A DNA stretch of 64,000 nt, taken from positions 64,001 to 128,000 of the forward strand of contig JAAOZP010000014.1 of NCBI GenBank assembly GCA_011605725.1, written 5' to 3'. The notes beneath the pieces are model-generated. The model did no database searches, was not told the DNA's origin, and saw nothing but the letters and a program-made list of their open reading frames with translations. This DNA is from Nitrososphaerota archaeon (GTDB lineage Archaea; Thermoproteota; EX4484-205; JAAOZP01). Every line of letters starts with the position of its first letter. The stretch's first letter is position 1. The translations under genes were made by a program, and so were the position numbers. Positions 9,683 through 18,917 of this stretch are shown here, piece after piece.

Positions 9683-9779
9683 GCTGTTGAATCACGTTTC
9701 AGATTAGTATTTAAAAGGTTTACGCAGCCTTCGGAAATAGGGAAGATTTAAAAAGAGTTCAATAGCCCACAAGACATAA

Positions 9780-10277
9780 ATGAAAATACCTTTCTGCGAT
9801 TTCTGCGTGAAAAGCGGAATCCTATGCCAGAAATGCAGAGAACTCATAGACAGTGGGAGGAATAGTAGTTTGGATTTAACATTGTCAAGGATCCTGCTTG
9901 AGGAAGCCAGCAGGATTCGTGAGCTCGAGAAAGTCGAGTTTAAGAAGGCTCACGTGGAGGACGGTTTTCTACTCATTTTAAGCAATAATGATGGGGTGAG
10001 GATTCTCAGGGATAGTAAGGAGGTTGCTGAGAGAATCAGAAGGGATATTGGCGTTGAGAAAATAACGGTTGTGGATTACAGGAAGGATCAGAAGAGGAAG
10101 CTAGAGGAACTCGTATACCCGTTTAGAATAGTTGGCTTAAGCAAGGTGTGGCTTCCAGGCAATATTACTGAGTTTAAAATCGTAGTTGAGGGGAGAGAGC
10201 TGGATGAGAAGCAGGTTGAGACGCTTGAGAAGCTCGCTAAAAAACTAGGTATTAACGTTAGGATTCAAGCCTTATGA
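9780..10277 (+). CDS. NusA-like KH-domain protein with N-terminal Zn finger
   Basis: MKIPFCDFCVKSGILCQKC N-terminus, C-terminal VWLPG motif. Confidence 0.75.
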   Translation: MKIPFCDFCVKSGILCQKCRELIDSGRNSSLDLTLSRILLEEASRIRELEKVEFKKAHVEDGFLLILSNNDGVRILRDSKEVAERIRRDIGVEKITVVDYRKDQKRKLEELVYPFRIVGLSKVWLPGNITEFKIVVEGRELDEKQVETLEKLAKKLGINVRIQAL

Positions 10278-10289
10278 AGATGATGGGAA

Positions 10290-11582
10290 ATGTTTGGAGA
10301 GAGGAAAAGAAGCATTGATATAACGTTTGAAGACGAGGGTAAGACTGTTAGAGTCTACGGTTGGGCGCTTGACAGGAGGGACCTAGGCGGAGTCAAGTTC
10401 ATAGTTTTAGCAGACCGGTGGGGCAGGATACAGATAACATGGGTTAGGGGTAAATCCAATCCCAGTGTTGAGGGCACGCTTGACAGTATAAAGCTTAACG
10501 ACGTGATAGAAGTGAGCGGGAGAGTAAGAAGAACCCCGCAGGCTCCAAGGGGGGTTGAAATAGATCCTGTTGAAATAAGGGTTTTAAATACTTCTGAACA
10601 TCCGTTGCCACTGGACCCTACTGACAGGATTAAGAGTAGCCTTGACGTTAGGCTGGACGCGCGGCCCCTGGATGTTTTCAGGCCAAGGGTTAGAAGCATC
10701 TTCATAATTAAGAGCGCTCTTCTACAGGTTTTGAGAGACTTCTTCCATGAAAACGATTTCGTCGAAATAATTACCCCCAGGATAATAGCTTCTGCAACAG
10801 AGGGGGGAGCAGCCCTATTCCCCTTGCCTTACTTTGACAAGATAGCTTACTTGGCTCAGAGCCCTCAGCTTTTCAAGGAGCAAATGGTAATAGGCTTTGA
10901 AAGAGTTTTTGAAATAGGCCCGTTTTTCAGGGCTGAGCCCTTCAACACGACTAAGCATCTGAACGAGTTTACCTCAGTAGATGTTGAGGTTGCTTTCGCA
11001 GACATGGAGGACGTTATGGTTATCTGCGAGAAAATGATAAAGTATGTTCATGAGAAGATAGCTGAAAAATGCAGGAGCGAGTTTGACAACTTAGGTTTAA
11101 AGATAAGAGTGCCTGAAATCCCGCTGAAAAGATTCAAGTATAGCGAGGTTATTTCAATGCTTAAAGAAAAGGGGGTTCAAGTAGGTTTCGGAGATGATGT
11201 TGGAAGCGAGGAGCTTAGGAGCCTTGAGGAGCTGAGGGAAGAGTATTACTTCATAACTCACTGGCCGAGTAAAATCAAGCCTTTCTACATTAAGGTTAAT
11301 CCAGACGGTACTTCGCAATCGTTTGACTTGAACTACGGCCCGTTGGAGCTGGGCTCCGGCGGAACCAGGGAGGAGAATAAGGAGAGGCTTGTAAGCCAGT
11401 TGATAGAGAAAAACCTGAACCCAAGCGACTTTTCATACCATTTGAAGGCTTTCGGATACGGTATGCCTCCTCACGCAGGATGGGCAATAGGTCTTGAAAG
11501 GCTTTTAATGAGCATCCTTAAGCTTGACAACATTAGGGAGGCAACACTATATCCTAGGGACAGGTTTAGACTAGAGCCTTAG
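10290..11582 (+). CDS. aspS: Aspartyl-tRNA synthetase (archaeal type, possibly non-discriminating)
   Basis: OB fold, ATEGGA, LAQSPQLFKE, FRAE, GMPPHAG, GLER; Pro in the QAPRG loop. Confidence 0.95.
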   Translation: MFGERKRSIDITFEDEGKTVRVYGWALDRRDLGGVKFIVLADRWGRIQITWVRGKSNPSVEGTLDSIKLNDVIEVSGRVRRTPQAPRGVEIDPVEIRVLNTSEHPLPLDPTDRIKSSLDVRLDARPLDVFRPRVRSIFIIKSALLQVLRDFFHENDFVEIITPRIIASATEGGAALFPLPYFDKIAYLAQSPQLFKEQMVIGFERVFEIGPFFRAEPFNTTKHLNEFTSVDVEVAFADMEDVMVICEKMIKYVHEKIAEKCRSEFDNLGLKIRVPEIPLKRFKYSEVISMLKEKGVQVGFGDDVGSEELRSLEELREEYYFITHWPSKIKPFYIKVNPDGTSQSFDLNYGPLELGSGGTREENKERLVSQLIEKNLNPSDFSYHLKAFGYGMPPHAGWAIGLERLLMSILKLDNIREATLYPRDRFRLEP

Positions 11583-12598
11583 CCTTCTTCAGCATATGCT
11601 TCTTCCTCAACGTCAGTTATTCCGTTCTCAGTGATTTTGAACAGGCATTCTCCTTCAGGCCTGTCTAGGCTGACAATTAGGCGGGCAACCCTTAAACCCT
11701 GCTCACCCCTGGCTTTACGAAGATATATTCTCGTGTGGCTCCTGTGTGCAAGAATGTGGCCACCCACAGGGTAGGCGCCCATTCCGAATATCTCGTCAGG
11801 CTTAGCCATAACTTGGTTAGTAACGACAATAACAAGGTTGAAAGCCTTGGAAAGACGCTCGAGCCTGTGGAGATGCGCGTTCAGCTTCTGCTGTCTTTTA
11901 ACAAGGCTCTCTCTACCCAGGTATTCGCTTCTGAAATGGGTTGTCAAGGAATCAACTATGACGAGCTTCACCTTCTTACTCTTAATTATCTCGTCGAGAC
12001 GCTCAACTATGAGTATCTGGTGGTCAGAGTTAAAGGCTTCCGCGACAGTAATGTTTTCAACAGTCTTAATCGGGTCCAGCTTCAAATACTTAGCCATCGC
12101 AACAATACGTTCAGGCCTGAAACTGTTTTCAGTATCGATGTAGACAACGTTCCCATTTAAACCCCCTCTCTCCTCAGGCAGCTGAACGTTAACCGCAAGC
12201 TGATGGCTTATCTGTGATTTTCCTGTTCCATACTCCCCGAAGAACTCGGTTATCGTCATAGTCTCCAGTCCTCCCCCTAGGAGGGCATCCAGCTTCTTAC
12301 TTCCAGTAGTAAGCTTCTGAATATGCTCCCGCTGCTTCAGAATGTCTAGGGCTGAGACAAATTTAACCTCAATGCTGCTTCTCGCCAGCGATATTATCTT
12401 GGCGGCAGTCTTATCAGGAATGCCTCCGCTTACAAGCTCGTTTACAGTGGCTGTCGCCAATGCTTCAACAGTAGTGTAACCAAGCTCCTTAAGCTTAGCA
12501 GCAGTAGATGGACCTATGCCTGGAATATCCTCTATTGATTCAAAAACCTCTACTCGCTCAGATTCATCCTCTTCCTCCTCAGTTTTTCTCCTACCCAT
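11579..12598 (-). CDS. radA: DNA repair and recombination protein RadA
   Basis: HhH N-domain, GEYGTGKSQ, YIDTENSFRPER, VDSL, GGHILAH. Confidence 0.96.
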   Translation of the reverse strand: MGRRKTEEEEDESERVEVFESIEDIPGIGPSTAAKLKELGYTTVEALATATVNELVSGGIPDKTAAKIISLARSSIEVKFVSALDILKQREHIQKLTTGSKKLDALLGGGLETMTITEFFGEYGTGKSQISHQLAVNVQLPEERGGLNGNVVYIDTENSFRPERIVAMAKYLKLDPIKTVENITVAEAFNSDHQILIVERLDEIIKSKKVKLVIVDSLTTHFRSEYLGRESLVKRQQKLNAHLHRLERLSKAFNLVIVVTNQVMAKPDEIFGMGAYPVGGHILAHRSHTRIYLRKARGEQGLRVARLIVSLDRPEGECLFKITENGITDVEEEAYAEEG

Positions 12599-12713
12599 GA
12601 TTTTTTCCTTCTGCTTAACCAGTAGATTCTTAGAACGGTAGCTTATAAATGTGAAACCGATTCCCCGTAAAGGGGTTTTCAAGCTTATAACTTCAGCACG
12701 GCTGAAACTTCAG

Positions 12714-13406
12714 ATGGCTAGGGATTACCGTGAAGAGGTCCGTAGGCTTTACGACACCATATCTGAGGAGTTTGACAGAACAAGGATTAAGCCAGACCCT
12801 TTTCTTGAAACGCTGGTTAAAAGAGGTTTTTCAAGAAGAACCCGCTTAATACTTGATAATGGTTGCGGAAACTGTAGGAACCTGAAAGCGTTTGACAAGG
12901 AATGCATCATGATTGCAGGAGACTTTTCCAGAAGCATGCTTAAACAATGTGTGAAAAACGTTTCTGCAAGAGAGGTTCACTACGTGCAGTATGACTTAAC
13001 ACGTCTCCCTTTTAGAAACAGGGTTTTCGACAGTATAATATGTGTTTCAGCAATACATCATTTGAAGGAGGAGGATGTTGAAAAGGCTTTTAGAGAAATG
13101 GGAAGGGTTCTGAGCAACAGGGGATGGATGCTTGCCTCCTCATGGTCAGTAAAGATGACTAGGGATAATAGGTTTCTGCGCAGAGCTAGAAAGATCAGCG
13201 GGAACTATTTCATGGTCAACTGGGGTCCGTACGAGAGGTTTTACTTTCTCATGGATGCTAAAACCCTCGGCGCGATATGCAGGAAGGCAGGCTTCAGGGA
13301 TGCGGTTACTCTAGAATATGGGATGAATAATTACAGTCTAGTGGATAGGAGAACCAGGGAAGCCGGGGCACGTGGAGAGGCTTCAGCCGATGAAAACACT
13401 GGTTAA
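12714..13406 (+). CDS. Class I SAM-dependent methyltransferase
   Basis: ILDNGCGNCRN, GDFSRSM, LPFRNRVFD, AIHHL. Confidence 0.85.
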   Translation: MARDYREEVRRLYDTISEEFDRTRIKPDPFLETLVKRGFSRRTRLILDNGCGNCRNLKAFDKECIMIAGDFSRSMLKQCVKNVSAREVHYVQYDLTRLPFRNRVFDSIICVSAIHHLKEEDVEKAFREMGRVLSNRGWMLASSWSVKMTRDNRFLRRARKISGNYFMVNWGPYERFYFLMDAKTLGAICRKAGFRDAVTLEYGMNNYSLVDRRTREAGARGEASADENTG

Positions 13407-13460
13407 GCGGGAAAAAGGGGAATAAAACTTTTATAACCACCGTCAACTATTAAGGGGATG

Positions 13461-13535
13461 GCGGCGCTGGTCTAGCCTGGTTATGACACCAGCCTTCCAA
13501 GCTGGGAATCCCGGGTTCAAATCCCGGGCGCCGCA
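13461..13535 (+). tRNA. tRNA-Gly(TCC)
   Basis: Full cloverleaf, anticodon arm CCAGC-CTTCCAA-GCTGG; TATA-like TTTATAA upstream. Confidence 0.95.
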
Positions 13536-13577
13536 TAAACCATAATAACCTTCAAGTGTTTTTCCATAAGCGTTTAA

Positions 13578-13943
13578 ATGGGTAAGAGGATGGTGATGAA
13601 TATCGCAAGGGAGAGGATAGACATACTGCTTAGGCTTGCGCTGGAAACTGCGGAATCCGACTTGAGCAGGGCTGAATCATATGCCAAGCTTGCCTGGAGG
13701 ATTGCTGAGAAATACAACCTTAGGAGGAAGACCGTGTTGAGAAGATACTTTAGATGTAGTAAGTGTAAGAGCCCAGTGATACCTGGTCGTAGCCTTAAGA
13801 TTAGGGTTTTGAAAGACAAGGGAGTGGGGCTCATCTGTTTGAAGTGTGGAAGCGTCAAGCTTATTCCAGTTTTCCGCGAAAAAGATAAGAATCCTGGTGT
13901 TGAAGCATATTCGACCAGGTTTGAGTCTAGAGCTTACGGCTGA
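13578..13943 (+). CDS. rnp4: Ribonuclease P protein Rpp21
   Basis: IARERIDIL, CSKC...PG...CLKCG Zn ribbon. Confidence 0.88.
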   Translation: MGKRMVMNIARERIDILLRLALETAESDLSRAESYAKLAWRIAEKYNLRRKTVLRRYFRCSKCKSPVIPGRSLKIRVLKDKGVGLICLKCGSVKLIPVFREKDKNPGVEAYSTRFESRAYG

Positions 13944-14538
13944 AGTGGAGCGTTTCACGAAAGCATTCATATTGCTGTTCGTCATACTCGATTCTGTTGG
14001 AAACATTCCTGTTTTCCACGCTTTTCTAGAGTCCTTCTCAAGCGAGAGGAGGAGGAAGATAATAAGGGAGTCTGTCGTCGCCGCGACAGCAGTGCTAGTG
14101 TTCTTCGCCATGCTTGGAAACATAATGTTCAGCTTCCTCGGGATAAGGCTATATGACTTCTACGTTGCTTCAGGAATGGTTCTTGTAGCAATATCCTTAA
14201 AATACATACTTGTGGGTGAGGAGAGCGAGCTGAGAGGGGAAAAGGCTGAGGAGATCTCTGTCTTCCCCCTGGCTACGCCGCTTCTCGCAGGTCCGGGAAG
14301 TATTTCCACAGTCATAATAATATCTAACCCTCCATATAACATTCTGATTTGCATACTAGTAATACTGCTGAACGCGGTTTTAGCATACGTGATCCTTGTT
14401 AACGGTGAGAGGATTATGGCGAGCATAGGCAGAACTCCTTCGAAGCTTATTGCGAAAATATTCAACTTGATAATAGTGGCTTTCGGGATAGTTATGATTA
14501 GAAACGGTTTAGAAGGATTTCTACAGTTACCCGGGTAG
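13921..14538 (+). CDS. MarC family membrane protein
   Basis: LFVILDSVGNIPVF, FPLATPLLAGPGSI; start taken at TTG 13921. Confidence 0.88.
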   Translation: MSLELTAEVERFTKAFILLFVILDSVGNIPVFHAFLESFSSERRRKIIRESVVAATAVLVFFAMLGNIMFSFLGIRLYDFYVASGMVLVAISLKYILVGEESELRGEKAEEISVFPLATPLLAGPGSISTVIIISNPPYNILICILVILLNAVLAYVILVNGERIMASIGRTPSKLIAKIFNLIIVAFGIVMIRNGLEGFLQLPG

Positions 14539-14553
14539 CTTTAGAAGAAAAAG

Positions 14554-14716
14554 TTAATATAGTAGTGGAGCGGTCTCCGCTGAGGAGGTGTATAGTGCAC
14601 ATGGCCAGCAACGCCCAAAGGGGGCGAGACTACCTGCGTTGCAGAGACAGCGACACCTCTATCGGAGTCTGCTGAAAAACAATATTGTTTTAAACCTGTT
14701 TTAGGAGGGTTTCGTA
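14554..14716 (+). promoter_or_regulatory. leu operon promoter and leader (TATA, uORF, hairpin, main SD)
   Basis: TTAATATA 14554-14561, GGAGGTG 14584-14590, palindrome AAAACAATATTGTTTT 14676-14691; shares motifs with the ilv leader. Confidence 0.7.
14595..14675 (+). CDS. Putative leu operon leader peptide (26 aa) MHMASNAQRGRDYLRCRDSDTSIGVC
   Basis: GTG 4 nt after GGAGGTG; AxRGRD in the same register as the ilv leader peptide. Confidence 0.6.
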   Translation: MHMASNAQRGRDYLRCRDSDTSIGVC

Positions 14717-16252
14717 ATGGTTTGGAGAGGATATATTGCTGAGGCTGAAATACCTGGCAGGGTGATTCTTTTCGACACTACTTTAAGAGATGGTGAACAG
14801 ACTCCTGGAGTCGCGCTTACGCCCGAGGACAAGCTTAAGATAGCGAGACAGCTGGACTTGCTTGGAGTACCCGTATTGGAAGCAGGCTTTCCAGCAGCGT
14901 CGCGCGGCGAGGAGGAGGCTATTAAGCAGATAGCTAGAGAAGGGTTGAACGCGGAGGTCGCTGCCTTATCCAGATGCGTGAAGGAGGATGTTGAGAAGAC
15001 TGCTTCAACCGGTGCACGGAGAATACATCTTTTCATAGCAACCTCAGACATACATTTGAATAAGAAGCTGCAGATAAGCAGGGATGAAGCTGTATGCAGA
15101 GCGGTTGAATCCATAGACCTTGCTAAATCCTACGGTATGAAAATAGAGTTTTCAGCTGAGGATGCGACTCGGACGAGCATCGATTTCCTAGTGGAGTTTT
15201 ACAGGAGGGTTGAAGAGGCGGGAGCAAGCATAGTCGACATTCCTGATACTGTTGGTGTTGCAACACCCTTTGCTATGAGGGAGATTGTTAAGAGGGTTCG
15301 CAAAGCCCTGAGGATCCCGGTTGCAGTGCACTGTCACAACGACATGGGTCTAGCAGTTGCGAACACGCTTGCAGGCATTGAGGGCGGAGCCTCTGAGGCG
15401 CATGTAACAATTAATGGACTTGGGGAGAGAGCAGGCAACGCGAGCCTAGAGGAGGTGGCGGTTTCCCTGAAAGTATTGTATGGTGTTGAAACAGGCTTAA
15501 AGTTTAAAGAGATATACAACACTTGCAGGCTTGTCTCACTGATAACTGGCGTAGCAATACCTGTGAATAAGCCTATAGTTGGAGAAAACGCTTTCTCCCA
15601 TGAGAGCGGTATCCATACTCACGGCATACTGGCGTCTCCAGAGACTTACGAGCCTATAGACCCTGGGTTTGTTGGAGCTAGGAGAAAGCTGGTAGCTGGA
15701 AAGCACGCCGGTGTCCACGGGATTTCAGCGCAGCTTGAAGAAATGGGGTACAGGCTTAGTGAGGAGGAGTTGAAACAGGTTCTTAAAATAGTTAAGGATA
15801 TTGGCGACAAGGGTAAGAAGGTTACTGACGCGGAACTCGCCTCGATAGCTGAAAGCGTTATAGGGTACGGGGTCGGTGAGAAGGATCGCATCGAGCTTGA
15901 AGAGCTTCTGGTGGTCACTGGGTTAAACACGACGCCGACAGCAGCAATAAAGATAAGAAGGGGTGAACAGGCTTGGAGAGGAGCGGAGTTCGGAGTGGGG
16001 CCGATAGATGCTTCGATGAAGGCAGTCAGCAAGCTTCTTGGAGACCTGGTTAAGATTAAGCTTGAAAGCTTCAGGTTGGAGGCAATCACGGGAGGCACGG
16101 ATGCGCTTGCAGAAGTTACGGTCAGGGTTTCAGATGAAGAAGGGAGGAGTGTGACTGCGAAGGGATTCAGCGAGGACATTGTGCTAGCAGGGGTTTACGC
16201 GATATTAAACGGGGCTAACAGGCTTCTGCAGATTAAGAGGGCTGGTAGATGA
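14717..16252 (+). CDS. leuA: 2-isopropylmalate synthase (or citramalate synthase CimA)
   Basis: DTTLRDGEQ, HCHND, GERAGNA, HESGIH, C-terminal regulatory domain. Confidence 0.88.
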   Translation: MVWRGYIAEAEIPGRVILFDTTLRDGEQTPGVALTPEDKLKIARQLDLLGVPVLEAGFPAASRGEEEAIKQIAREGLNAEVAALSRCVKEDVEKTASTGARRIHLFIATSDIHLNKKLQISRDEAVCRAVESIDLAKSYGMKIEFSAEDATRTSIDFLVEFYRRVEEAGASIVDIPDTVGVATPFAMREIVKRVRKALRIPVAVHCHNDMGLAVANTLAGIEGGASEAHVTINGLGERAGNASLEEVAVSLKVLYGVETGLKFKEIYNTCRLVSLITGVAIPVNKPIVGENAFSHESGIHTHGILASPETYEPIDPGFVGARRKLVAGKHAGVHGISAQLEEMGYRLSEEELKQVLKIVKDIGDKGKKVTDAELASIAESVIGYGVGEKDRIELEELLVVTGLNTTPTAAIKIRRGEQAWRGAEFGVGPIDASMKAVSKLLGDLVKIKLESFRLEAITGGTDALAEVTVRVSDEEGRSVTAKGFSEDIVLAGVYAILNGANRLLQIKRAGR

Positions 16253-17514
16253 CGGGTTTAACAGCAGTACAGAAGGTGCTTTCCAGGAAAACAGGCAGGC
16301 CTCGTGTGGAACCTGGTGAAATAGTTGAGGCTAAGGTGGATTTCCTAATGTTGCACGAGGTAACTGGGCCACTGGCTGTCGAAGAGTTTGAAAAAATCTC
16401 TGGAAAAGTCTGGGACCCAAGTAGGGTGATAGTGGTTTTCGACCATGATGTTCCGCCGAGCACGATAGACTTAGCCAACCAGATGAGAAGGATGAGAAGC
16501 TTCGTTAAGAAACACGGGGTAAACAATTTTTTCGAGATAGGCAGGGGAGGTATTGCTCATCAAGTTCTCTTCGAAGAAGGCTTCGACATGCCTGGCTTCC
16601 TGATAGTCGGCGCGGACAGTCATACTTGCACAGCTGGGGCGACTGGCGCAGTTGGAATAGGGGTCGGCTCTACTGATGCTGCTGTTGTCCTAGCAACCGG
16701 AGAGATATGGTTGAGGGTTCCTGAAACACTGTTGGTTGAGGTCAAAGGCAGGCTTAGGAAAGGCGTTTTCGCGAAGGATGTTGCTTTAAGTATCGTTGGG
16801 AGAATTGGCAGCAATGGAGCAACCTATAAGGCTCTGGAGTATTCAGGTGAAACAGTAAGCATGATGTCTCTTTCTGAACGCCTTACTCTTGCAAACCTCT
16901 CCGTGGAGACTGGCGCTAAAACCGGGATTGTTCAGACAGATTCTAAAAGCATTGAGTATGCTGAGAACTCTGGAAGACGCAGCGAGCTACTGGATGTTAG
17001 GAGCGACCCCGACGCGTGCCTGGAGAAAATCGAGATTGATGTTTCAAACTTGGAGCCTGTTGTAAGCCTGCCGCATAGCGTGGATAATGTTAAGCCCGTT
17101 GCAGAAGTTGAAGGCCTTGAGATAGACCAGGCTTTCCTAGGTTCCTGCACGAACGGGAGGCTGGACGATCTTCTCGTAGCCTTCAAGATACTTAAGGGGA
17201 GAAGGGTCGCGCCGAGCGTGAGGCTGGTGGTTAGCCCGGCTTCAGTCAAGGTGTATGCGGAGGCTTTGAGAGCAGGAGTCGTCGAGGAGATTGTGCGGGC
17301 AGGAGGAATAGTGACAAGCCCAACATGTGGTCCCTGCCTCGGAATGTCGAGGGGAGTTCTTGCTGAAGGAGAGGTTGCAGTTTCAAGCAGCAACAGGAAC
17401 TTTATAGGCAGAATGGGTGATAAGAGGAGTAAAGTGTTCCTCGCTTCCCCGGCGACAGTGGTTGCGTCAGCGGTAGAGGGAAGAATAGCTGATCCAAGGA
17501 GGTTTCTGCCTTGA
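16249..17514 (+). CDS. leuC: 3-isopropylmalate dehydratase large subunit
   Basis: GADSHTCT, GSCTNGR, CGPCLG, NRNFIGRMG. Confidence 0.92.
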   Translation: MTGLTAVQKVLSRKTGRPRVEPGEIVEAKVDFLMLHEVTGPLAVEEFEKISGKVWDPSRVIVVFDHDVPPSTIDLANQMRRMRSFVKKHGVNNFFEIGRGGIAHQVLFEEGFDMPGFLIVGADSHTCTAGATGAVGIGVGSTDAAVVLATGEIWLRVPETLLVEVKGRLRKGVFAKDVALSIVGRIGSNGATYKALEYSGETVSMMSLSERLTLANLSVETGAKTGIVQTDSKSIEYAENSGRRSELLDVRSDPDACLEKIEIDVSNLEPVVSLPHSVDNVKPVAEVEGLEIDQAFLGSCTNGRLDDLLVAFKILKGRRVAPSVRLVVSPASVKVYAEALRAGVVEEIVRAGGIVTSPTCGPCLGMSRGVLAEGEVAVSSSNRNFIGRMGDKRSKVFLASPATVVASAVEGRIADPRRFLP

Positions 17515-18008
17515 AGATACGCGGTAGGATTATTAGGCTTGGAGACAACGTGGATACTGACGTGATAATACCTGCAAGATACTTGGTGACTCACGATGCG
17601 GAGGTTCTTGCGAAACATGTTTTCGAAGACTATTATCCTGAATTCAGGGCAAAGGCTTCTGGTGGAGCGATAATAGTTGCCGGAGAGGACTTCGGGCTGG
17701 GGAGCTCAAGAGAGCATGCAGTAATAGCTTTGAAACACTCCGGTGTGAAAGCGATAGTAGCTAAGTCTTTTGCAAGAATCTTCTACAGGAATTCTATCAA
17801 CCTGGGTCTTCCCGCGCTCGTCTTAAGAAGTAATGAGGGTTTTGACAAGCTTAAGGATGGGGATGAGGCTGAGCTTGATGTCTCCAACGGGGTTTTGACG
17901 ATTATCAGAACCGGGGAGAAGTTTTCCTGCGATAAAATGCCTGAATTCATGATGAAAATAATAGAAGCAGGAGGCTTAATAAACTATTTTTTGAAGAAAC
18001 ACGGATGA
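17511..18008 (+). CDS. leuD: 3-isopropylmalate dehydratase small subunit
   Basis: DTDVIIPARYL, GSSREHA, SFARIFYRN. Confidence 0.93.
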   Translation: MKIRGRIIRLGDNVDTDVIIPARYLVTHDAEVLAKHVFEDYYPEFRAKASGGAIIVAGEDFGLGSSREHAVIALKHSGVKAIVAKSFARIFYRNSINLGLPALVLRSNEGFDKLKDGDEAELDVSNGVLTIIRTGEKFSCDKMPEFMMKIIEAGGLINYFLKKHG

Positions 18009-18056
18009 AACCCGCTGGAAAACAGGGCCCGATAACTATTTATAAACCGGCTCAGC

Positions 18057-18917
18057 ATGAAACTATTACTGTTGCAGCGGAGAGAAGCAGTTAGAAGGGA
18101 GGCTGTTGGCAGTTATTCCTGCGAGCAGTGTGGGCGTCCACTGAGCCCTGAATACAAGTTCTGCCCAGCCTGCGGAACCCCGCGGAGAGGAGTCTCCTAC
18201 GTTAGGAGGGTTTCAACAGGCAACCCGGCTATAGACGAGATTCTGGAGGGTGGTTTCGAAGTGGGTAAAACATATCTGCTCGCCGGGGAGGCTGGAACCG
18301 GTAAGACGATTTTCAGCTTACAATACCTCTTACACGGGGCTAAGAATAATGAGCCCGGAATATATGTTACGATAGACGAGAGGCCGGAGATGCTTGTTAG
18401 AGACGTGAGGAACTTCGGCTGGGATCTTCAGCCGCTCATAGAGACAAAGAAGCTTGCGATACTCCCGGTTAGGAGATACTTCACCTCCAAGATGTGGGGG
18501 AGGGAAATGGACACTATAGTTAACAACATAATAGAGGAGCTTGACAGGAGGAGGAGGGAGATAGGGGCTAAGAGGCTTGTCATAGATCCTATAGCCCCGT
18601 TGGTAACTACTTATTCGAACGAGGTTGCATGGGTTAGAGAATACATCAGGAGCCTCATATTCTCTATTGAGGAGAAGCTCGGTGTAACCACGGTTATAAC
18701 GTCAGAAGTCCCTACTGGGGAGAACATGATGAGCAGGTATGGTGTTGAAGAGTTTCTGGCGAGCGGCGTAATATTACTATCCCTGTCTAGAGTTGGGAAC
18801 TCCATAATAAGGACGATGTTTATAAGGAAGATGCGCTGGACTGCTGTGAACCCAACGATCTACAGGTTTGAAATAGAAAGGGGTCGTGGAATAGTTCTTA
18901 AAGAACCGTTAAGCTAA
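18057..18917 (+). CDS. KaiC/RAD55-like ATPase with N-terminal zinc ribbon
   Basis: CEQC...CPAC, GEAGTGKT, LVID, IRKMR. Confidence 0.85.
   Translation: MKLLLLQRREAVRREAVGSYSCEQCGRPLSPEYKFCPACGTPRRGVSYVRRVSTGNPAIDEILEGGFEVGKTYLLAGEAGTGKTIFSLQYLLHGAKNNEPGIYVTIDERPEMLVRDVRNFGWDLQPLIETKKLAILPVRRYFTSKMWGREMDTIVNNIIEELDRRRREIGAKRLVIDPIAPLVTTYSNEVAWVREYIRSLIFSIEEKLGVTTVITSEVPTGENMMSRYGVEEFLASGVILLSLSRVGNSIIRTMFIRKMRWTAVNPTIYRFEIERGRGIVLKEPLS

Noticed and set aside
9507-9751. Two plus-strand ORFs in the track
   Set aside because: Antisense to rpl40e
14617-14638. Resemblance of the leu/ilv leader motif to a T-box riboswitch (GGG...ACC)
   Set aside because: The UGGN bulge needed to pair with tRNA NCCA is absent and the leaders are too short for a Stem I; not a canonical T-box
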